From positions 1 through 43,881 of the forward strand of contig JALSQG010000076.1 in the NCBI GenBank assembly GCA_026985565.1: 43,881 nucleotides of DNA, read 5' to 3'. The DNA comes from Deltaproteobacteria bacterium (lineage in GTDB: Bacteria > Desulfobacterota > Dissulfuribacteria > Dissulfuribacterales > QOAL01). A program made the position numbers and the translations under genes. Position 1 is the first letter of the stretch. Every line of letters begins with the position of its first letter. Shown piece by piece: positions 37,714-43,881 of this stretch. Below the pieces are notes generated by a model. It had not been told where the DNA came from, did not search any database, and saw nothing but the letters and a program-made list of their open reading frames with translations.

Positions 37714-37963
37714 AACCGATTCCTTTTTTCAATGCGTCTTCATTCAGAGGAGTGGGAGTCCAGAACGCCTTGTCTTCATCAGGATCCAAAAGTTCCCTTG
37801 CCATTCGCTCCAGGGCCTTTATTTCAGCCCGGTTGAGGTGGCCAAAGAACACGGATTTCTGCAATCGAACCAGCCCGAGGCTTTTTAGCGAATCGGAGAA
37901 CTTCTTTCTTTTTCGGTTATTTTCAATGTCATAACAGACCAGATATTTTGTGTAAAATGCCAT
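37667..37963 (-). CDS. cas2: CRISPR-associated endoribonuclease Cas2
   Basis: MAFYTKYLVCYDIENNRKRKKFSDSLKSLGLVRLQKSVFFG is the classic Cas2 beta1-alpha1-beta2 with catalytic Asp (YDI). The start is taken at ATG 37963, 4 nt after the cas1 stop. The ORF-track extension into cas1 is rejected. Confidence 0.85.
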   Translation of the reverse strand: MAFYTKYLVCYDIENNRKRKKFSDSLKSLGLVRLQKSVFFGHLNRAEIKALERMARELLDPDEDKAFWTPTPLNEDALKKGIGYDQFHYIQPDGHITV

Positions 37964-37967
37964 GTTA

Positions 37968-38996
37968 TCACCATCTAAAGCAGTAAGGCTTAAAGGCCTT
38001 GCCTTCAATTATGCTTCCTGCAAAACGGTATGCCTGACGTTGCATTATGGTGTCCAATCGGAGACGTTTGCCGCGCCAGGGATAACGTCTCTCTATGGTG
38101 GCCATGATATTGGAAGAGAGCTTTTTCTTGAGCTTCATGGAAAAGGAGCCTTCCTTCTCTGAATGCCTTCGCAGTTTTATGACATTTCTATCCACCACCC
38201 AGGCACGAAATATCTCCATGAGATCAAGGACCAATGAAGGCTTTCCGGGCCGCTGCTGATGAAGGATTCCACAAAAAGGTTCAAGCCCTGTATTGTCAAT
38301 GGCACTCCAAACAAAGCTGGTCAGTATAACATAGCCGTAATTGAGCATTTGATTTCCGAGTTCATCAGCGTTTCTTCCAAGACGCTGCTGGAAAGAGGAG
38401 GGAAGCAACGAGGCCTTGACAAGCGCCTTCCAGTAGGTATAGGCGCAAGCCCCCTCTATGCCCATGATCTTCTCTCTCCAGCCGGATCTGCCTTTACGCT
38501 GGCCACAAACCGATGATGTATCTGGAAACTCCATGGCTTTTAGACGCTTTGCTTGGTGGCCTATCTCGGCGGCAGCCGCCGCAAGGATATCCACCATTGA
38601 AGGGTCGGTCTTGCGAAGGTATTTCATGAAATAGAGTAAGACAGCCCGCTGGTTCCGCAGCTTGCCGAAAATGATTGATTTGGCAAGGGTGGCTGCATGG
38701 GGTGTGTCTATACAGGCAAACTGGCGTTGCCTAACGGCCACCGTTGCATGCTGATGTACGCCGCCCACCATTGCTACTGTACGACCACGCCAATCAAGAA
38801 AGAATAGCCTTATGCCCCTCAAGGCACAGGCAGTTATCAGATTGGATGAAACGCTGATACCCTGTTTGGCTACAATTACGGATCGAAGTCGGTTTAAAGG
38901 CGCTTCCATCAAAACAGCGCCATCCTTTCTGATAATAAGGCAACCGTTGTTTAACCCGAGAGCTGAGCCGTGTTCGGCTACGGTTACATAACGCAT
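37968..38996 (-). CDS. cas1: CRISPR-associated integrase Cas1
   Basis: 342 aa. N-terminal beta domain (MRYVTVAEHGSALGLNNGCLIIRKDG) and C-terminal helical domain with NQMLNYGYVIL and PSLVLDLMEIFR (Cas1 metal-binding region). The ATG lies 6 nt after the cas9 stop. Confidence 0.9.
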   Translation of the reverse strand: MRYVTVAEHGSALGLNNGCLIIRKDGAVLMEAPLNRLRSVIVAKQGISVSSNLITACALRGIRLFFLDWRGRTVAMVGGVHQHATVAVRQRQFACIDTPHAATLAKSIIFGKLRNQRAVLLYFMKYLRKTDPSMVDILAAAAAEIGHQAKRLKAMEFPDTSSVCGQRKGRSGWREKIMGIEGACAYTYWKALVKASLLPSSFQQRLGRNADELGNQMLNYGYVILTSFVWSAIDNTGLEPFCGILHQQRPGKPSLVLDLMEIFRAWVVDRNVIKLRRHSEKEGSFSMKLKKKLSSNIMATIERRYPWRGKRLRLDTIMQRQAYRFAGSIIEGKAFKPYCFRW

Positions 38997-39002
38997 ACTG
39001 CC

Positions 39003-42000
39003 TCAGCCCCTCATGTTTTCAGCTCTCCATGCCTGCCCGTACCTTGTCTTCAGCTCGGCAGATGTGCTTGAAACAATAAACCAATACTCTACCTTGTCAC
39101 CGATGGAGAGCAAAAAAAGATTGGACCGCGGCTTGCCTATCCAGTCGAGATATTCCCCAAAATCCTTTTTTTCATCTTTTGAAAGCTTTATTTCTGCTGG
39201 AATTTCCGCAAATCCCCTGTCAGCAATGTCTGCCATGGCAAGGAAATCTCCCATCTCCTGCCGTATCTTAACATACATGCGATCTTTGGTGCCAGGACAG
39301 GCCCACGCTTCGTCAATATGCTCAATGTCATGGACATCCAGGCGACTCCAGTGGTCGAGGCGGATAATCTTATCATATTGGGGTTCTGGAGCCAGGGAGC
39401 TGGCAGGACTTATATTGGGACTTTTTCTAAGAAACGGCATGGATACAGGTTTTTTCCATTCTATCTTTCCATTTTTCACAGGAAAGCCGCAAATGGAATA
39501 ATCGCCAATCATCATGAGCTGAAAAAGTTCACCCCTCGGACCCCTGCGCCTCGCCCTGAATGCTCCTGATTCAGTAGCAACCATTGGCAGGGAATACTTC
39601 TGACGCGCCTTCCTGTGGGGCCTCCGACTTCCAGGATGGAAAAGCTGCTCTACGATTTCTTGCCACTGGCTGTCTGTCAGGTTGCCATCAGTAGCTTTTG
39701 CCTTTGCCTCATTATATACTCTCTTCCAGTCCCGCTCTGACGGAAGTCGAATAGAGGCCTTGGGTATTTTGAGTTCAGGTTTACGGGAACGCCTGGGATA
39801 TACGAACTGCTGAACTTTGATTTTGAATTTATCGGTGTTAGCTTCTTTTAGCCGCTTATTTTTGTCCAAGAGTCCACTTGAAATCTTCTCCTTGACTATT
39901 ACATATCTTAGCGTCATCAAAAGCTCTGCTGCCTCTTGTTCTGCCTCCTCTTCAATGCCCTGTTTTGCAGCCCTGTGAAGCAGTTCCAGGGCCGCTTTTC
40001 TGTTGATCTTGAAACATACAGGCTGGCCTTTGGGAGGCTCCGAAGGCACTTTGCCGTTCAGCCATCTTTTCAACTTGTTTATAAGGATCTCTGGTTTCGA
40101 TCCTTTCACCGGTAGCCAGTTTTTTGCTGAAAAGCCTATCCAGACTCCGCGGTCGCTCCACCAAATTGGAAGAAATCTTTCAGCATATAGGCCATCTTTG
40201 AACATTGGAATAGACTTCACATCCTTTTTGGGATCATATGGTTTGAGCCGCTCTATCCACTTAATTGTAACAGAGGCAGGAAACATATTAGCAAGCCTTT
40301 CAGGACTCTCGGACAGGCCGGGCAATAGTTCCTGAGCCGTTTCGCATGCCTCTGCACAAACAATCATGGCATCCACTGCATGGGAAACTGCCCCCTGACT
40401 GTCTGTCTTTTCAAATCTGCTGTCATATTCCCCCAAAAGATGCCTGAGCTGGCTTACCTGCCCGGCATCCACGCGGTGAATCGAAAAACGAAGAGCAGAA
40501 GGTTCGCCTCCCAACTTTTTCAGCTCCTTTTTGATGGCCCATGCCAGTGTTCTCGCAAACCATGCCTGGGTCCCGCTGACTCTATTCTTCATCCTGGTGG
40601 CAAGCAGGGAAAAGGCCTTCTGGAATGCAGGTGCAGAGTCGCGGAGAAAAAGTGCATGGCGCAAGGCCTTCTGTTCATCATCTGACCTTACATCGAAAGG
40701 TATATCTGGAGACAGTCGGGATAGAGTCTCTTCTATTTGGCTGGATATATCTTCCACATTTTCAGTACCGAACACGGCCTTCAAATAAGCAGGGCTAAGG
40801 TTTTTAAGATGATAACGCCGGGGCCCCTTATCCCTGTTGCCCTTGATACTCACCCATATCAGGTTGGCCTCGCTGTTAAAAACGGTCCCATGCCGTCCCT
40901 GGCTGAATGCCCTTGGAAGTATATGATCTATCTCGCCCGAATTTTCCAAAGGGTCGCCCGTATATGGACATACCCCTTTAGAGGCTTTTTTTATTCGCTC
41001 TGCTTTTTCCAGCCATTGACCCTCCTGCCTGGCTATCAGGGCCAAGAGGCGCGCCTCCTCCCTTTTGCTCTTTTTGTTCTTTAAATCTTTCAGATCAAGA
41101 GTGAAGGAAAAACGGTTTTCCTCCACCATGATGGGTATATGGATAGGCTCATTCCCTTTCAGATGTTTCAGGATTTGCTGGGCCTTTATCCGCGCCACTT
41201 CTATTGCCTGTCTTTCCACTATGCGCCGGAGAATTCCGTCAAATGGCCGGACAGTATCGGCAGAAAGGCGTGTGCATCGAGCTGCACTGCCTCCATCCGG
41301 CAGCTCCAATTTTTCCATCCGCCACGAGTTTTCAAGGTGGGCCGCCAGACTTACCCTGGAGAACCCGTGGCGATCCCTTTCTATAAGGTTATATAGCTGG
41401 GCCACGGTGAAAGGGTTGTTGTAATATGCCTTTGCATCCGGGCCGTGGCCGAAGTGGTCTGCTATGATGCCAGCTGCCTTTGATGCCCTCTCCTCTGCCA
41501 AAAGGGCAGCATACTCCTCAGACTTTTTATCAATCTTTTCTCCGCGCTCCTTTTGGGCCTTGGCCCTTGCCAGCAGGATGTCAAAAAGGTTGCCAAACTG
41601 TTTTCTTGTCTTCTCAACTTTTTCACACATGGCCCGCACTGTGGTCCGGCCATGCCGTGCAGTCCATACCTCACTGCGAAAACGCTTGAACTCATCTTCT
41701 CTAAGATTGGCAATGCCAAGTGCCTGCCCCACCAGCCTGTGCAGGATTCTCTGTTTGCGCGGCGGATGCAGATCGCTTCGCTCGAGCAAGAGCGCGCTTT
41801 TAGGACTCCATGCGCCAGAGCGGACCCGTTCTATTTCCTGGTAATAGAGGGAACAGAACCGAAGGAATTCCTCCAGCCTGTGACGGCCCAGGTCATGGGC
41901 CAGGCGATTGTGCGCATGTTCTTCCTGTTGGCCATCATGGCCTTTTGCCAGAAGGCGAAGCCGGTATTCATCAAAGGCCATTGTGCGATCCAGAAGTCTC

Positions 42001-43244
42001 TGAAGAAACAAGGCCCGTTGATAGTCCCTGTCATGCGCCTTTACACCAAGCCTGCTCTTTCGGTCTAGGCGACCTGCTGCTTCTGACAGGCCTTCTTTCC
42101 AAGGAGCGTTGCCAGCTGCTGCCATGAGGCTGTCTGCCCACAGTGTCCATTCCTGGCCAAACTCTCTTGTCATGGCTCTCGGATCAAGCCACACAGTGCG
42201 GTCTTTGGGAGGACGCCTGTTGTTCATGTCTTCATAAGGTGGGATGGTCTCTACAGGATCAAGTTTTGAAATCCATTCGACAATAAGCTCGCTCAAGGGC
42301 TTTTCCTGCCGCAACCAGCCTTGCTTTTCCCATGACTCAAAAAATGAAAGCAACCGCTTTCTCCTCTCTCTTTCATCATCTGTATAGACTCGCCATCTCT
42401 CTATCCACCTTTTCAGGCATTTGAAGAGGCGGTGGTCAAGAAAATCCCCCTGCTTCATGCGTTCATCATCAAAATACCATCTGAGGACGCGGAGCGGCAA
42501 ATTGCTGACATGGCCTATAACAGCATATAGCTGTTCCTGTCCTCCAATCGCTTCTGCCAGCGACTTGAGGCGGCTATCCTTGCAGATTTCCGCCTTGATA
42601 TTATGAAGATATTCCTTTCTGTGTCTGGCTCCTGTCTCGATAGAGGTGAGGATCCCCTCTATCGCAACCTGCATGGCCTTGTGGGCTTCCATTGTCTCTG
42701 GATCACTCTCCCCATAAAACTTCCTAATATCTTTTTTAAGTTCTTTTACCGGTTTCCAGAATATAGAGTTGGACTTTCTTATCTCTTTCAGCAAATCAAT
42801 GTCCTGTATCATCCTGGCGAATTGTTCTGCAAGGGATTCTTCATTGTTGAACCAGTCAGGGAAACGTTGGGCATGCCAATCCGGGGAAATGCCTTCGAGA
42901 AGCTCCCAGTCTATCTCTGCCTCCAGACGGTTATACCCCCTACGGTTAAGAAGCCCTGAAACCGCTTTTACTTCATCGTGGGAAAGGGGGCGCCCTGCCA
43001 CTTCAGTCAGCAGAAGCCTCAGCAGCCTTTTGGCAAGCTTGCGTCTCTTTATACATCGCTGTTGATGCCTTCTCTGGCGGCGGGCCGCCTGAGACCATGT
43101 GATGCTTTTCCCATCCTGAGGAGTCACTATGACTGCCGCAGCAGGCTCAAGCAGGTTTTCTCCGTCGCTGCCATGTGCCATAAAGACACCGGTAAACTTG
43201 GCACCTAAATCGACCGCAACTGGTGAGAATATTTCTCGTTTCAT
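39003..43244 (-). CDS. cas9: Cas9, type II-B-like (1413 aa from ATG 43244)
   Basis: RuvC-I SPVAVDLGAKFTGVF. Arg-rich bridge helix AARRQRRHQQRCIKRRKLAKR. RuvC-II HIPIMVEENRFS. HNH GEIDHILPRAFSQGRHGTVFNSEANLIWVSIKGNRDKG. RuvC-III SHAVDAMIV. The ATG is preceded by AAGGAGGTGGAGG. A cas4-containing operon is typical of II-B. Confidence 0.9.
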   Translation of the reverse strand: MKREIFSPVAVDLGAKFTGVFMAHGSDGENLLEPAAAVIVTPQDGKSITWSQAARRQRRHQQRCIKRRKLAKRLLRLLLTEVAGRPLSHDEVKAVSGLLNRRGYNRLEAEIDWELLEGISPDWHAQRFPDWFNNEESLAEQFARMIQDIDLLKEIRKSNSIFWKPVKELKKDIRKFYGESDPETMEAHKAMQVAIEGILTSIETGARHRKEYLHNIKAEICKDSRLKSLAEAIGGQEQLYAVIGHVSNLPLRVLRWYFDDERMKQGDFLDHRLFKCLKRWIERWRVYTDDERERRKRLLSFFESWEKQGWLRQEKPLSELIVEWISKLDPVETIPPYEDMNNRRPPKDRTVWLDPRAMTREFGQEWTLWADSLMAAAGNAPWKEGLSEAAGRLDRKSRLGVKAHDRDYQRALFLQRLLDRTMAFDEYRLRLLAKGHDGQQEEHAHNRLAHDLGRHRLEEFLRFCSLYYQEIERVRSGAWSPKSALLLERSDLHPPRKQRILHRLVGQALGIANLREDEFKRFRSEVWTARHGRTTVRAMCEKVEKTRKQFGNLFDILLARAKAQKERGEKIDKKSEEYAALLAEERASKAAGIIADHFGHGPDAKAYYNNPFTVAQLYNLIERDRHGFSRVSLAAHLENSWRMEKLELPDGGSAARCTRLSADTVRPFDGILRRIVERQAIEVARIKAQQILKHLKGNEPIHIPIMVEENRFSFTLDLKDLKNKKSKREEARLLALIARQEGQWLEKAERIKKASKGVCPYTGDPLENSGEIDHILPRAFSQGRHGTVFNSEANLIWVSIKGNRDKGPRRYHLKNLSPAYLKAVFGTENVEDISSQIEETLSRLSPDIPFDVRSDDEQKALRHALFLRDSAPAFQKAFSLLATRMKNRVSGTQAWFARTLAWAIKKELKKLGGEPSALRFSIHRVDAGQVSQLRHLLGEYDSRFEKTDSQGAVSHAVDAMIVCAEACETAQELLPGLSESPERLANMFPASVTIKWIERLKPYDPKKDVKSIPMFKDGLYAERFLPIWWSDRGVWIGFSAKNWLPVKGSKPEILINKLKRWLNGKVPSEPPKGQPVCFKINRKAALELLHRAAKQGIEEEAEQEAAELLMTLRYVIVKEKISSGLLDKNKRLKEANTDKFKIKVQQFVYPRRSRKPELKIPKASIRLPSERDWKRVYNEAKAKATDGNLTDSQWQEIVEQLFHPGSRRPHRKARQKYSLPMVATESGAFRARRRGPRGELFQLMMIGDYSICGFPVKNGKIEWKKPVSMPFLRKSPNISPASSLAPEPQYDKIIRLDHWSRLDVHDIEHIDEAWACPGTKDRMYVKIRQEMGDFLAMADIADRGFAEIPAEIKLSKDEKKDFGEYLDWIGKPRSNLFLLSIGDKVEYWFIVSSTSAELKTRYGQAWRAENMRG

Positions 43245-43338
43245 GCCTCCACCTCCTTGATATATCAATCCAGGTTTTCAAAATTCTCTGGAAATTTAAC
43301 TCCGAAAGTTGAGTTAATGAGGATCGCAAGGCCTGAGC

Positions 43339-43764
43339 TCACTTCAAATACAAGGATACACCCACTTGCCTGGCAGCTTCTTGTAGTGATGCATCCATTG
43401 TAGCAAGCGCCACACCCTGCCGCATGGCCAGGTCAAGATAGGATGCGTCATAGGTAGAAAGCCCTTGTTCCCGCGCCACGGCAAATACCTCGGAGAAAAT
43501 CCTTTGGGGAAGCTCCGGTTCTATAATAATGGGAAGTTGGGTGATAAGGCTAATGAAACGGATGCTGCCTGCTTTGTCGATGCGACCTCGTCTCTCCGCC
43601 ATGGCCAGTACATTCGTGATTTCCAAAGGCCAGATGCACGGAACCAGAGCTACAGATTTGTTCAGGCTGTCCAGCACCTCGTCTGCAAAAGGGCTTGCTT
43701 CATCCTCGAAGCACCATGCCAGTGTCACTGAAGCATCCAGTACAAAATCTCCTCGCTCGTTCAT
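43339..43764 (-). CDS. vapC: PIN-domain toxin, VapC family
   Basis: 141 aa. FVLDASVTLAWCFEDE (first acidic PIN residue), PLEITNVL, and STYDASYLDLAMRQGVALATMD (conserved D..YL..A). Confidence 0.85.
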   Translation of the reverse strand: MNERGDFVLDASVTLAWCFEDEASPFADEVLDSLNKSVALVPCIWPLEITNVLAMAERRGRIDKAGSIRFISLITQLPIIIEPELPQRIFSEVFAVAREQGLSTYDASYLDLAMRQGVALATMDASLQEAARQVGVSLYLK

Positions 43765-43881
43765 GCCCGCCCCGTTTCTTTCATCTCCTTGATATTCAAT
43801 CCCTCCAGGCGATAGCGGCGGCGAAAGGCCTTGACTTGTGCGATGATTTCTTCAGGAGAACCTTTAGGTTGGGGTGAAACA
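43761..43881 (-). CDS. Partial antitoxin gene (3' end only, VapB-like partner)
   Basis: Hand translation of the minus strand gives ..VSPQPKGSPEEIIAQVKAFRRRYRLEGLNIKEMKETGRA*. The stop overlaps the vapC ATG (ATGA). The frame runs off the window edge. Confidence 0.45.
   Translation of the reverse strand, partial: VSPQPKGSPEEIIAQVKAFRRRYRLEGLNIKEMKETGRA

Noticed and set aside
37964-38008. 15-codon N-terminal extension of cas2
   Set aside because: It overlaps the cas1 3' end. The canonical Cas2 N-terminus (MAFYTKYLVCYDI) starts at ATG 37963.
39013-43208. Many plus-strand ORFs of 60-170 aa inside cas9, for example 41553..42068 and 39013..39501
   Set aside because: All are antisense to a 1413-aa ORF with complete Cas9 motifs. 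They are Arg/Pro/Ser-rich shadow frames typical of GC-richer DNA.

Overview
This 43.9-kb chromosomal window looks bacterial and Gram-negative, possibly Desulfobacterota/deltaproteobacterial, though that placement is inference only.

Positions 1-34.4 kb are mostly housekeeping genes:
- an HdeD/YfdX-like envelope pair;
- a tightly packed, same-strand run of genes: archaemetzincin-like membrane protein, Kv-type K+ channel, glnE and an STT3/PglB-like oligosaccharyltransferase;
- tRNA-Val(GAC);
- the classic thrS-infC-rpmI-rplT-pheS-pheT-ihfA block, extended by a MerR regulator and pheA;
- an SDR / hybrid sensor kinase / degenerate kinase-receiver operon;
- a ykgJ-like gene, plsY, a HAD hydrolase and a MidA-like methyltransferase;
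- dnaN-gyrB, without dnaA or recF.

From about 34.4 kb the character changes to an accessory region:
- two truncated genes (cupin and SnoaL/NTF2 fragments) and a strong orphan hairpin;
- a HUH/Y1 (IS200/RAYT-like) transposase bracketed by a perfect 14-nt inverted repeat;
- a complete, compact type II-B-like CRISPR-Cas9 module on the minus strand (cas9-cas1-cas2-cas4);
- a 4-spacer array of 37-nt repeats;
- a vapBC-like toxin-antitoxin pair directly upstream of cas9.

The most interesting results are RNA-level predictions read from the sequence:
- a plus-strand tracrRNA convergent with cas4, whose orientation is fixed by six G:U wobbles in a 26-bp repeat:anti-repeat duplex;
- an anti-repeat apparently split by an inserted hairpin;
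- an array that must therefore be read toward the cas genes;
- a terminal degenerate repeat that keeps only the half carrying a -10-like TAAGAT box, and whose other half is replaced by a tandem 16-mer in the transposase-proximal flank.

All protein family calls come from motif recognition by eye. No database search, HMM, RNA folding or systematic composition calculation was run.
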